Origin: Fibrobacteria bacterium
Lineage (GTDB): Bacteria > Fibrobacterota > Fibrobacteria > UBA11236 > JADFYW01
Assembly: GCA_050294405.1 (NCBI GenBank)
Contig: JBNKOC010000016.1
Location: 128,001-192,000, forward strand
Reading direction: 5' to 3'
DNA length: 64,000 bases
Shown here: positions 10,780-20,468 of the stretch, in pieces
How the letters are laid out: the number at the start of each line of letters is the position of its first letter
Position numbering within the stretch: the stretch's first letter is position 1
Translations under genes and position numbers: made by a program
The notes under the pieces: generated by a model
What the model saw: only the letters and a program-made list of their open reading frames with translations
Told to the model about the DNA's origin: nothing
Databases searched by the model: none

Positions 10780-12546
10780 GTGAACAAATCTGTCTGGATA
10801 GTCTTTATCCTGGTTTTACTGCGTGCAGGATGGTCAAAGCCCTGTGATGACATGGCTTGTGACATGGAAATGTTGCAAAAAATATTAGGCAGCTTGAATA
10901 CACAGGCGGCAGAAAATGGCAATCGCTATGAAAAGGGTTCAAAAAGAATTATTCGCCTTAATTTATCCCGCATGCAACTAAGGGCCCTACCAGAGGCGGT
11001 GGGAAATTTAACAGGTCTTGAAGAACTGGACCTTTCGGAAAATAAACTGGTAAAATTGCCTGGCAGTTTTGAAAACCTGGAAAACATAAAGCAGCTGGAT
11101 TTAAGTTACAATGAATTCACTCGCTTTCCCGAAGTTTTGATAAAATGTAAAGAGCTTAGCCAATTGAATCTTTACAAAAATAAAATCCATTACATACCCG
11201 ACAGCATTAAAAAACTAAAGAGGCTTAAAAGTTTAAATCTCAGTGGAAACGAACTTGTTTCGCTTCCTGAAAACATCGGCAAACTAAAATCATTAGAAGT
11301 ATTAGACCTCAATGAAAACAGGTTGCAAAGCCTTCCGGAAAAAATGGCGAAACTTAAGAACATAAAGGAATTGTATTTGCGCCAAAATGAGCTTCCCATA
11401 TTGCCAGACATATTTAAAAAAATGCGCAAACTGGAACGCCTGGATTTAGGCCGAAATTACCTTTCCAAACCCGAATCTTACCCTAAACATCTGTGGTCTT
11501 TGCCCAAACTCAATTGGCTGGGGCTTCGTGAAAATAGTCTGGGAAAATTACCGGGCAACATCAAGCTTTTACCTGCTTTGAATTCATTGGATTTAAGCGG
11601 AAATTTGCTAGACAGCCTGCCCCCCGCGGTTTCCAAAATTTCGGACTTGGAATACATCATCCTGGATTTGAACAAATTTGAACACTTTCCAGAGGGAATA
11701 ACCCAATCCAAGTCTTTAAAAATAATGTCTCTTAAAAAAAACAAATTGAGATACATAGACAAACATATTGGGGATTTAGGCCAATTGCGCCAATTGGATT
11801 TAAGCGAAAACAATCTGGAATCAGTGCCTCCGGAAATTGGAAAGCTTAAAATGCTGGAAAAGCTAAATTTAAAAATCAACGGCTTTGAAGTGTTGCCCGA
11901 CGAAATAGGCGGTTTGGAAAGCCTTGAAGAACTGGACGTATCCTTTAATCAATTGGAGACATTGCCTGGAGGCATAGCCAAGCTAAAAAATTTAAAACTG
12001 CTCGAATTGAGTTCGAATAAAATCAATACTTTGCCTGGGGAAATTGGGGGGCTGGAAGGTTTAGAAAAACTTTTGTTAAGGCAAAATTTGTTGGCAACAT
12101 TGCCCTCCAGTATTGGAAATTTGATTTCTTTAAAATACCTGGATTTAGGGGCTAATGAAATCACTTCCTTACCTGCCAGCATTGGAAACCTTTCTAACTT
12201 GCAACAGCTTTATTTGTATAAAAATTATTTAACTGGGCTCATCCGGGATTTTGGCTATCTGAGCAATTTACAATTTCTGGATATATCCAATAATTTGTTA
12301 CAAAGCCTTCCGGAAGAAATTGGCCAAATGGCCCAACTCACATGGATATATCTCAATAACAATCAATTGGAAAACTTACCCTCTGCCATTGTGAATTTAA
12401 CACCCTGGGATTATTTATCAGTGGATAACAATCGCCTATGTAAAATGACTCCAGGTCAGCTTAAATGGATGGCCGACTTTGCCAGCCCCCACAATTCCCA
12501 GTGGCGACTGACTCAAAACGGATGCAAAGAAGAAATTAAAAATTGA
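10780..12546 (+). CDS. Secreted leucine-rich repeat protein
   Basis: Signal-peptide-like N-terminus, about 20 tandem 23-aa LxxLxLxxNxLxxLPxxIGxL repeats, Cys-containing caps. Confidence 0.93.
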   Translation: MNKSVWIVFILVLLRAGWSKPCDDMACDMEMLQKILGSLNTQAAENGNRYEKGSKRIIRLNLSRMQLRALPEAVGNLTGLEELDLSENKLVKLPGSFENLENIKQLDLSYNEFTRFPEVLIKCKELSQLNLYKNKIHYIPDSIKKLKRLKSLNLSGNELVSLPENIGKLKSLEVLDLNENRLQSLPEKMAKLKNIKELYLRQNELPILPDIFKKMRKLERLDLGRNYLSKPESYPKHLWSLPKLNWLGLRENSLGKLPGNIKLLPALNSLDLSGNLLDSLPPAVSKISDLEYIILDLNKFEHFPEGITQSKSLKIMSLKKNKLRYIDKHIGDLGQLRQLDLSENNLESVPPEIGKLKMLEKLNLKINGFEVLPDEIGGLESLEELDVSFNQLETLPGGIAKLKNLKLLELSSNKINTLPGEIGGLEGLEKLLLRQNLLATLPSSIGNLISLKYLDLGANEITSLPASIGNLSNLQQLYLYKNYLTGLIRDFGYLSNLQFLDISNNLLQSLPEEIGQMAQLTWIYLNNNQLENLPSAIVNLTPWDYLSVDNNRLCKMTPGQLKWMADFASPHNSQWRLTQNGCKEEIKN

Positions 12547-14146
12547 GTTGGGTGGTGGTTCCCAATTCATAACCGGAGAATTTGTCTACTCCAAAATCTT
12601 TGTTGTAAAAGCTGAAATAAAGATCTGCGGAAAAGATTTTATAAAACCCGGCCCCAAACCCGAAGTTAAAACTGAACCAATCCACCGTGGTGCCAAATTC
12701 AGGCTGGTGGTTGCTTGGGGTAGTGTAATCTCTGTTTCCCAGGTTTACAGTATATCTGTCGTAATACTCGAACTGATAGGGGTGAAAGCTGTTGATAAGG
12801 GAGTTTTCTTCACCTGTGCTAAAACTGCCCCTTAAGTAAATTTCCAAAAACTCAGGCACATTCCACTGAGGGATGTTGTGCAGGTTTCCCTGAGCCCCCA
12901 CTAATATGCGGTTGTAGAATTTGTTTTTATCTTCTTCGCCTTCGTAGCTGATGGTATGCATTTCCCATTCGGCAAAAACATCTGTATAGTCAAAAATTTG
13001 AATGTAACCACCCAGACCAAAATTAATGCCCGAATAAAACCATTCGTGAGTGGTGCCGTCCCCGTTCCAGAAGGGATCAAATATGTTGTCGGGGTCGTTG
13101 CAAACAGTCCCGGTTACGCAATCCACACCTTTGCTGTAAGGGTCTTGTTTATCATCACCATGACGGTAGCGTTTTGCTTTGCGGTTCCACTGTTCAATTA
13201 ACAGGGAAGGCCAGTATTTTAACCCGTGATTGGTCAAGTAATAGGTGGATTTCCAACGGAAGTCATGGCCAGAGTGCCAAATGGGGTTGTACTGGTATTC
13301 ATTGCCGTTTACATTGTTAACATTCTGCTTCCAGGTGCCGATTTGGTTCATTTTGTAAAAATTTAAACTGATGTTACTTAGAAGGGGTAGTATGGAAGTA
13401 TCGCCTACGTCAAAATGCATACCCCAGTTGGGAAATTCCACATCCCCGATACGCTCCCAGGTTTTGGGGTTTTCGCTGGCACTGTTTAGAGTGTCCAAAG
13501 AAGCTGCCGCTCCGTAATGTATGCCAAAGCGAACTGTGGGATGAAATTGGCTGCCCATGCTCACATCGAATTTGGGTACATTTAATAAAAAGCGTTTATT
13601 GCCCAAAGAATCGTTGGCTTCTCCCATCATGGCATGGAGGGAAAGCCCCATTTGGAAATATTTTGATTTGGAGCCCCAGGCTAAATCCATGCCACCTGAG
13701 CGAAGTACCAGGTGGTTGTCATTGCCGCCTTCGGCCACTTCATCGGATATGTTTCGGTAATAAAAACGCGAGCTTAATATGTCGGGAATAGTAAAACCAA
13801 ACATGGGCAGAATAATATTATTGCTGTTAAAAGTAACATCGTTATCGGAATCTGTTTCCGATGTGCCAAGATAACGCAGGCCCAAGTGAACGCCCCCTTT
13901 TTCTCTTTCTATTAATCCTAAGGGAGAGCCATTGTGATCAAAGGCGTTGTAAAGGGATGGTTCCACAAAGCGCGGAGCTCCCAAGCTTAAATTTCTGTCG
14001 GAAATATCCTGCTTGGCTGCCATGTTAGGGGTGGTTCCGGTTAAAATAGGCCGGGGGGCCACAGAGTTGGATTGCCCTAAAATGTTTATTGCAAAAAGGC
14101 TGCCCACAAGCAAAGAAGCAGCCTTAAAGGTGCGTTTATTTTTCAT
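12536..14146 (-). CDS. Hypothetical outer-membrane beta-barrel protein
   Basis: Probable start MKNKRTFK followed by a signal peptide; amphipathic aromatic strands; C-terminal Phe; start uncertain (ORF extends to 14254). Confidence 0.55.
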   Translation of the reverse strand: MKNKRTFKAASLLVGSLFAINILGQSNSVAPRPILTGTTPNMAAKQDISDRNLSLGAPRFVEPSLYNAFDHNGSPLGLIEREKGGVHLGLRYLGTSETDSDNDVTFNSNNIILPMFGFTIPDILSSRFYYRNISDEVAEGGNDNHLVLRSGGMDLAWGSKSKYFQMGLSLHAMMGEANDSLGNKRFLLNVPKFDVSMGSQFHPTVRFGIHYGAAASLDTLNSASENPKTWERIGDVEFPNWGMHFDVGDTSILPLLSNISLNFYKMNQIGTWKQNVNNVNGNEYQYNPIWHSGHDFRWKSTYYLTNHGLKYWPSLLIEQWNRKAKRYRHGDDKQDPYSKGVDCVTGTVCNDPDNIFDPFWNGDGTTHEWFYSGINFGLGGYIQIFDYTDVFAEWEMHTISYEGEEDKNKFYNRILVGAQGNLHNIPQWNVPEFLEIYLRGSFSTGEENSLINSFHPYQFEYYDRYTVNLGNRDYTTPSNHQPEFGTTVDWFSFNFGFGAGFYKIFSADLYFSFYNKDFGVDKFSGYELGTTTQLNF

Positions 14147-14300
14147 GAATTTTACCCATTCTTCCCTTTCCGAGCTTGAAAATACAAAGTTCTCCGGGAT
14201 TGCGGAAAACATTTCTTTGCCAATATTGGTTTTTATGGGCCGTTTTTTTCCCATTATTTTTTAATTTATTTGGGTCTTTGAGTTTTGTTTTAATAAGGAA

Positions 14301-15056
14301 GTGTCCCACATGTTAAAAAAAGCAGCCTTTCTATTTCTTTTTGTATTCAGTTTGTCTGCCTTCCCTAATTTTACCGAGGGAACCATCAAGATGAATATGA
14401 AAACCGCTCAGGGAGATGGAAACATTGATTTGAAAATTTCCAAAGAGGCGGTGTTGAGTATTGTTAACATGGGGTTAGGACAGCTCCGTATGGAAATGGA
14501 GTTTCTTATTAAAATGGACGAGCTGTCTAAAATAATCCAAATAGATAGAGGCATGAAAACCTACCGTGTTATTGAAACTCCTGAAAGCGGAGCAGGGGAG
14601 GACCCTGGTCAAATGGAAGTTAAAAAGTTGGGGACGAAAAAAATATTGGGATACGACTGCAATCATATTTCCGTAACGGGGAAGGGTTTTAAGTCCGAGT
14701 TGTGGGTTTCCAAAGATATTGATTTGTACGGCACTCTTAAAAAAATCCAGGCTTTAAATAAATCCAGTTCCAACCAACAGGCTATTTTTAAGGCCCTTGA
14801 GGATAAAAAGCTCGAAGGTTTCCCATTAAAAATGTGGTGGCAGGACAATCAGGGCCAAAAAGTAGATTTTTCTGTCACCGAAATTAAAAAGGAAAAACAT
14901 CCGTCTTCTCTTTTTGAAATACCCAAGGACTTTAAAAAAACAGAAAACAACCCTGTAATGAGCCCCCAGAATATCCAGAATTTAAAACAGATGTTTGAAA
15001 ACCTAAGTCCCGAACAGCAAGAGGCCATTCGCAAAATGATGCAGGGTCAAAACTGA
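14301..15056 (+). CDS. DUF4412-like secreted protein
   Basis: Signal peptide; KLGTKKILGYDC, ELWVSKDI, GFPLK and SLFEIPKDF motifs typical of DUF4412. Confidence 0.75.
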   Translation: MSHMLKKAAFLFLFVFSLSAFPNFTEGTIKMNMKTAQGDGNIDLKISKEAVLSIVNMGLGQLRMEMEFLIKMDELSKIIQIDRGMKTYRVIETPESGAGEDPGQMEVKKLGTKKILGYDCNHISVTGKGFKSELWVSKDIDLYGTLKKIQALNKSSSNQQAIFKALEDKKLEGFPLKMWWQDNQGQKVDFSVTEIKKEKHPSSLFEIPKDFKKTENNPVMSPQNIQNLKQMFENLSPEQQEAIRKMMQGQN

Positions 15057-15174
15057 TTTCAGAATTTCATCCAGGAGCCCCATTTTTCCGGGGCTTGCCC
15101 GATAAAAGTACCGCGCATTTTTATAAACCCGGCTCCGCCTGGCTTGAAGCCTTTCCAGGAAAATATTACATTCG

Positions 15175-15223
15175 GGCCTCAACAAATCCTGCTTCATTGT
15201 AGAGGCCATTTGTCCACAGGAGG
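15175..15223 (+). promoter_or_regulatory. Putative S6:S18-binding rpsF leader RNA
   Basis: TCCTG (15187-15191) can pair with CAGGA of the SD (15217-15221), preceded by a CCA (CCR) motif; overlapping hairpin GGCCTCAACAA/TTGTAGAGGCC. Confidence 0.5.
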
Positions 15224-15229
15224 TTTATT

Positions 15230-15583
15230 TTGGCACGTTTGTATGAAACAGTGGTGATAGTCGACGCCATGATTCCCGACGAAGCGGTAGAATCAGAATT
15301 CGATGCGATTAAAGCAAAATTAGAATCCAACGGGAAGTTTATTAAGCTCGACCGCTGGGGACGCAGAAAATTAGCTTATGAAATTCATGGTCGTACCCAT
15401 GGTGATTATGGCGTTTTCTATTACGAATCCGAAAGCGAAATTCCAGGTGAACTGGAAAAGGGTTTTCGCATTAACGAAAATATTTTGCGCTGGCTTACCA
15501 TAGCTGACTTCCCAGGCGGAGTACCCGCAGATAAAAAGGAAGAAACTGAAGAAAAAGCAGAAGAAAAAGAGGTGGTAGCATGA
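15230..15583 (+). CDS. rpsF: 30S ribosomal protein S6
   Basis: [26 protein letters not shown] start after AGGAGG. Confidence 0.96.
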   Translation: MARLYETVVIVDAMIPDEAVESEFDAIKAKLESNGKFIKLDRWGRRKLAYEIHGRTHGDYGVFYYESESEIPGELEKGFRINENILRWLTIADFPGGVPADKKEETEEKAEEKEVVA

Positions 15584-15855
15584 GTGCAGAAAGATATGGT
15601 CGCGGCAACAAAATGGACGACAGGAATGCCGAAAAGTCCAAAAAGAAAAAAGTTTGCTGGTTTACCGAGAATAAAGTCAAATATATCGATTACAAAGATG
15701 AAAAACTTTTGCGTCGTTTTATCAATGAACGCGGCAAAATCATTCCTCGTCGTATATCAGGCACTAGCGCTAAATACCAGCGTCAATTGGCCCAGGCCAT
15801 AAAACGCGCCCGCTATTTAGCCATTTTGCCTTATATTGCCACTAATATGAAATAA
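15580..15855 (+). CDS. rpsR: 30S ribosomal protein S18
   Basis: [41 protein letters not shown]. Confidence 0.97.
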   Translation: MSAERYGRGNKMDDRNAEKSKKKKVCWFTENKVKYIDYKDEKLLRRFINERGKIIPRRISGTSAKYQRQLAQAIKRARYLAILPYIATNMK

Positions 15856-15910
15856 TGGATAGGGAGCCTTTTTTCTGGCTTTAATCACAAACATTCTAGC
15901 CGTATGCCTG

Positions 15911-16780
15911 ATGGGAATCGTGTATTACGGCTATTTTCCGGCGCTTTTTTTAAGCCTCAAACAAAATAAAATTTTGGTTTGGGGCTTTTTACTTTTGGGA
16001 AATACCGCCCTTTGCCTGAGCAGTGTATCTCAATTGGGACAACCCAGCGGCTTTCTCTCCATTTTTTTGTTCACCACATTTCTAGGGCCCGCACTGGTTT
16101 TATTTTACGGTATTCGCAAAAACTGGCCTGTGATGCAAATTTTTTACGCCTGTCATGTGCCGGTTCTTTTCGCCTGGGCTTATTATTTATTTTTTCCACT
16201 GCCTATCGAATCCATAAACATCATTCTCGACCCCATATTTGAAACCATGGGAGATCCGGCTAAGGGACAAGTGAGTAATCTAAAAGCTACCCGGGAAACT
16301 TTAACGGCTGTTTTTAGCAATTTAATGGCAAACTTTTGGTATTTGGATTTGTCCGCCCGTTTGATTGTGGCCGGTTTTGTACTTCGCAAAATTCAGCAAA
16401 GCCGTGGGCTTGCTTTGGAAATGCCCTCTGTGAGCCAGCTTGAATTTGAGGATTGGACAATTTGGCCTGTAATCGGGGCCTTATTGGGCCTTGCCACTTC
16501 ACTTTATGTTTGGGATGGGCCAAATGAAGGGCTGTATTGGCTGAGTACTGCCCTGTTGCTGATTATTTCCCCCGTGTTTTTTCTGAGGGGATTAGGCGTG
16601 ATTTTAACTAAAATCCGTGCAAAAAAGAAAGATAAATGGCCAGCCTATTTAAAATTTTTGCTAATTCTATTAATTTTCTGGGCCTGGCCGCATTTAATGC
16701 TAATTGCGGTGTTAGTAGGAGTTTTTGATGTTTGGTTTGATTTTAAAGCCAAACCAAGTAAACCTTTGATTAAGAGATAA
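15911..16780 (+). CDS. YybS/DUF2232 family membrane protein (start uncertain)
   Basis: Multi-TM protein between rpsR and rplI; C-terminal GVFDVWFDF motif. Confidence 0.75.
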   Translation: MGIVYYGYFPALFLSLKQNKILVWGFLLLGNTALCLSSVSQLGQPSGFLSIFLFTTFLGPALVLFYGIRKNWPVMQIFYACHVPVLFAWAYYLFFPLPIESINIILDPIFETMGDPAKGQVSNLKATRETLTAVFSNLMANFWYLDLSARLIVAGFVLRKIQQSRGLALEMPSVSQLEFEDWTIWPVIGALLGLATSLYVWDGPNEGLYWLSTALLLIISPVFFLRGLGVILTKIRAKKKDKWPAYLKFLLILLIFWAWPHLMLIAVLVGVFDVWFDFKAKPSKPLIKR

Positions 16781-16782
16781 TT

Positions 16783-17250
16783 ATGGAAGTTATTTTAAAA
16801 TCCAATGTTAAGGGCCTGGGAAAAGCCCTGGACCTGGTAAAAGTTAAAGATGGGTACGCCCAGAATTTTTTGTTTCCCCGTCAATTGGCATCTTTGGCAA
16901 CTTCACACAACAAAGAAATTTTAGAAAAAGACAGGGCTGCAGCTGAACAGTTTTATTTGAAAGAGAAAAAAGCTGCGGAAACTTTGGCCGAAAAGTTAAA
17001 AGAAGCATCAATTACTTTTGCTGCTAAAGTAATTGAAGAAGACAAAATATTCGGAAGTGTTGGAGCTAAGGAAATTGCCGCCAAATTAAAAGAAGCCGGC
17101 TTTGAAATTGATAGAAAGCAAATTCAAATCAGCGAAGCTTTTAAAACCCTTGGCATGTACAATGTTAGTGTTTTATTGCCTCCCGATGTTGAAGTTAGCG
17201 TTAAACTGTGGATTATTGCAGACGAATCTGACAAAGGTTCCAAATCTTAA
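16783..17250 (+). CDS. rplI: 50S ribosomal protein L9
   Basis: MEVIL..V.GLG....VKVKDGYAQNFLFP, KIFGSV. Confidence 0.97.
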   Translation: MEVILKSNVKGLGKALDLVKVKDGYAQNFLFPRQLASLATSHNKEILEKDRAAAEQFYLKEKKAAETLAEKLKEASITFAAKVIEEDKIFGSVGAKEIAAKLKEAGFEIDRKQIQISEAFKTLGMYNVSVLLPPDVEVSVKLWIIADESDKGSKS

Positions 17251-17268
17251 TTTCAATAGTTTTTTAGC

Positions 17269-18060
17269 TTGAGCACAAAAATAATTGTTATGGGCGCCGC
17301 CGGCCGTATGGGCCGGATGATTTTAAATTCCTGCGGGCAAACCCCGGGAGTTGAAGTCATTGGATGTATCGAATCCTCCTCTTCTCCCAATCTAGGCTCA
17401 AACATCGAGGTTGCAGGAAAGCCTTTGATCATCAGTGATGATTTAGCCGCAGTAGCTGAAAAGGGCGCGGTTATTATTGATTTTACCGCTCCAGAGGCTA
17501 CCATAAAGCACATTGGTATTGCCCAAGAGGCGGGAGCCAAAATTGTAATTGGCACTACTGGTTTTTCCGAAGATCAATTGGCGGTTATCCAAAAAGCCTC
17601 TGAAAATATGGCCATTGTTTTATCTCCCAATATGAGTCTTGGAGTGAACCTCAGCTTTAAAATAAGCGAAATGGTGGCTAAGGTATTGGGAACTGATTAC
17701 GATGTGGAAATTGTGGAAGCTCACCACCATCACAAAAAAGACGCTCCCAGCGGAACAGCTCTGGGTTTGGCAAAGGCTGTGGCCAAGGGCCACGATGTAA
17801 ATCTGAGTTCCGTTGCCAATTATGGCCGGGAGGGTTTAGTGGGCGCTCGACCCAAAGGCGAAATAGGAATTCACGCGGTGCGCGGAGGCGATATAGTGGG
17901 CGATCACACTGTGCTCTTTGCTGGCGACGGTGAAAGAATTGAAATAAAACACATGGCCCATAGCAGAAGTACTTTTGCCAATGGGGCGGTTAAGGCAGGG
18001 GTTTTTCTTTCTACCAAATCTTCTGGTTTTTACACTATGTTTGATGTTTTGGGTCTTTGA
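17269..18060 (+). CDS. dapB: 4-hydroxy-tetrahydrodipicolinate reductase
   Basis: GAAGRMG, IDFT, IGTTG, EAHHHHKKDAPSGTA. Confidence 0.97.
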   Translation: MSTKIIVMGAAGRMGRMILNSCGQTPGVEVIGCIESSSSPNLGSNIEVAGKPLIISDDLAAVAEKGAVIIDFTAPEATIKHIGIAQEAGAKIVIGTTGFSEDQLAVIQKASENMAIVLSPNMSLGVNLSFKISEMVAKVLGTDYDVEIVEAHHHHKKDAPSGTALGLAKAVAKGHDVNLSSVANYGREGLVGARPKGEIGIHAVRGGDIVGDHTVLFAGDGERIEIKHMAHSRSTFANGAVKAGVFLSTKSSGFYTMFDVLGL

Positions 18061-18145
18061 ATTTTTTCCCTTCCAAAAGCCCTAATTTAGCGCATATAGT
18101 TGGTTTTGAAGGCCAAGACTTGTATATTCCTAAACTTAAAGGACC

Positions 18146-19618
18146 ATGGATTTCATGCTGAAAAATAAGTTAAGCCACTGTTTTCTTTTTGTTGTTTGTA
18201 TTTGGGCATTCACCCCAATTTTAAATGGGCAAGAATTAATTCCCGCTCCCTTTGGCGAAGATTCTGGCAGCGACAGCGTTTCCCAGGAAACTCAGGCTGG
18301 AGAAGAAAAAAAGGAAGAAAAAAGCACTGAGAAACAAGACAGCGCAAGCCAAAAAGTAGCCGAGCCCAAAGAAGAGAAAGAAGAAGAAAAGCAAGATACC
18401 GTGCAAACATCAGCATCCGATGCTGTTGACTCTGTTAAAGTTTCAGAACCATTGCCTAAGGATACAGCTGCAGCTACCAGTTCTGATACAAGCAAGGTGG
18501 ACAGTTGGGAAACGGCCATGGACAGCACTGTTGTAGATAGCAATGTTATTGCCGCTCCTTTTGATTCGGTCCAACAGGCAGATAAAGATACCTTGGATGC
18601 CGATTCCACGCTTGCCAAACAGCCAGATAGCCTGCCAGCAAAAAAAGACAGCCTTATTATTCCACCGGTGGAAACTGTAAAACCAAAGGCAGAGCCCAAG
18701 CCTAAAAAGCGCGAGCTTGCTGTGAGGTCCTCACAGGTAAACACCATAGATGACATGAAGGGAAGATATAAATCTCCCAAAAAGGCTTTGTTTATGTCGC
18801 TGGTTCTGCCGGGGTTGGGGCAAGCCTATGTGGGCAGCTATTGGCGCGCGGGTATGTATGTGGCCATTGAAACAGGTCTTGCCTTAGGCTGGAGGCATTA
18901 TGTAGTTACATTGCACGACAGGCAAGTTAAAAAATATGAAAAATACGCTGATGAACATTGGAGCCATGGCCGCTACGAAGATTATTACGGAGACTTGTCT
19001 TTGCAAAATCCTTTTGACGGGAATCCAGAAGAAATGAAAAATGTAGCCCCTACTCGCGAGGAGTTTTGCCGGGCGGTGTTTGCAGAAGATACCCGAGCCA
19101 CCAGCGCTTTTCAAACATGTATAGATTTTGGACCTTATCAACCTGACGAGGCCTATGATCTTTTTGCCTTTTATGAAGAAAGCCGATACGAGCGTTATGA
19201 TGACAGCGATCCTCTTTCCGCGGATTCCATAGGAATTTATCGTCGGGAAAACTTTCAAAACATACATGCTTTTTATGAGCTTCTTGGCAAACACAACGAG
19301 TACCTGCCTGGCTGGGATGATGCGGAAAATATTATATATACAGATACATCCATTGTGGGAGAAAGTGAAAATCGAGATACCTACCGCAAAATGAGGAACC
19401 GGGCCACGGAATATTCCCGTATGCAGGCTGGTTTTTTAGGAGCAATGGTTATCAATCACTTAGTGAGTGCGTTGGATGCGGCTTTAACGGCTCGCTTTCA
19501 CAACAAAAAACTCTACGAAACAGAAGTCCGCTGGTGGGACAGAGTTCGTCTGGACAGTTTTGTAGCCTTTGAAGGTTGGTATCCAAAATCCTTTATTCAG
19601 GCCAGTTTGCCATTTTAA
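18146..19618 (+). CDS. Hypothetical secreted/membrane protein (DUF5683-like motif) with an acidic low-complexity N-terminus
   Basis: Signal peptide, D/S/E-rich linker, KSPKKALFMSLVLPGLGQAY motif, C-terminal Phe. Confidence 0.55.
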   Translation: MDFMLKNKLSHCFLFVVCIWAFTPILNGQELIPAPFGEDSGSDSVSQETQAGEEKKEEKSTEKQDSASQKVAEPKEEKEEEKQDTVQTSASDAVDSVKVSEPLPKDTAAATSSDTSKVDSWETAMDSTVVDSNVIAAPFDSVQQADKDTLDADSTLAKQPDSLPAKKDSLIIPPVETVKPKAEPKPKKRELAVRSSQVNTIDDMKGRYKSPKKALFMSLVLPGLGQAYVGSYWRAGMYVAIETGLALGWRHYVVTLHDRQVKKYEKYADEHWSHGRYEDYYGDLSLQNPFDGNPEEMKNVAPTREEFCRAVFAEDTRATSAFQTCIDFGPYQPDEAYDLFAFYEESRYERYDDSDPLSADSIGIYRRENFQNIHAFYELLGKHNEYLPGWDDAENIIYTDTSIVGESENRDTYRKMRNRATEYSRMQAGFLGAMVINHLVSALDAALTARFHNKKLYETEVRWWDRVRLDSFVAFEGWYPKSFIQASLPF

Positions 19619-19645
19619 TTTTTTGCTATACATGATATCCACAAT

Positions 19646-20458
19646 ATGAATTCGGGTTTATTAAAAGGGCTCCTTTTGGTTTTTTACCTTGCTCTGGGAG
19701 CCTGGGCCCAGCCCAGTTTCGAAGATGACTTTGTAGTGGAAATTGATACAGCCCAATCTAAGAATGTGGGTAAGTCCCTAACATTGGCTCTGGGTCTTTC
19801 TGCCCTGGTCCCTGGTTCCGGTGAATTTTATCTGGAAGAAAAAAAAGCATCCAAAATATTTTTCTTAACAGAAGTGGGAATGTGGGGGGCGCTTTGGTTT
19901 TCATATTTGGCCAGGGAATCTTATTTGCAATCCGCCAGGAATTACGCCAGAGAATATGCGGGACTAAAAAAAACAGATGCAGATGCTGATTTTTTAAGTG
20001 TTCTAACAAAATATCGCTCCTATCAGGAAATACATCATTGCAAGTGCAGCTATGAACACGATCAAATTTTATCGGGTAAAAGGGATGGCGACTATGATAT
20101 TCCCGCTACAGAGGAAAATTACTGGAATTTTGGCTCTGCGGCAGTTCCTGAAAATACGGAAAACTGGAAGACCTTTATCCACACCACCAAAGCCTATGGG
20201 AGGGCTAAAGTGGCTGTAACCTGGGCAGTGGGAGGGTTATTATTGGGAAGATTAGCATCGCTAATAAATACCCTGCATGTTTACAGAACCACTTCTGTTA
20301 AGGGATTGGCCGAAGGCAACAACAATTTATCCAATGAGGGCGATAGCCTAATTGCAAACGACAACAACTCAAAAAATCAAAGTCCAAGATCAAGCTGGAG
20401 TCTGGCTCCCATGTATCTGGAAGATGGTTTAGGCGCATTAGCGGTATTTAAATTTTAA
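19646..20458 (+). CDS. Hypothetical protein, likely distant paralog of the upstream gene
   Basis: Signal peptide, LSALVPGSGEFY motif matching the upstream LVLPGLGQAY, C-terminal Phe. Confidence 0.55.
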   Translation: MNSGLLKGLLLVFYLALGAWAQPSFEDDFVVEIDTAQSKNVGKSLTLALGLSALVPGSGEFYLEEKKASKIFFLTEVGMWGALWFSYLARESYLQSARNYAREYAGLKKTDADADFLSVLTKYRSYQEIHHCKCSYEHDQILSGKRDGDYDIPATEENYWNFGSAAVPENTENWKTFIHTTKAYGRAKVAVTWAVGGLLLGRLASLINTLHVYRTTSVKGLAEGNNNLSNEGDSLIANDNNSKNQSPRSSWSLAPMYLEDGLGALAVFKF

Positions 20459-20468
20459 CCTCGGTTCA

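Noticed and set aside
15230..15855. Absence of ssb/priB between rpsF and rpsR
   Set aside because: Common arrangement in many phyla
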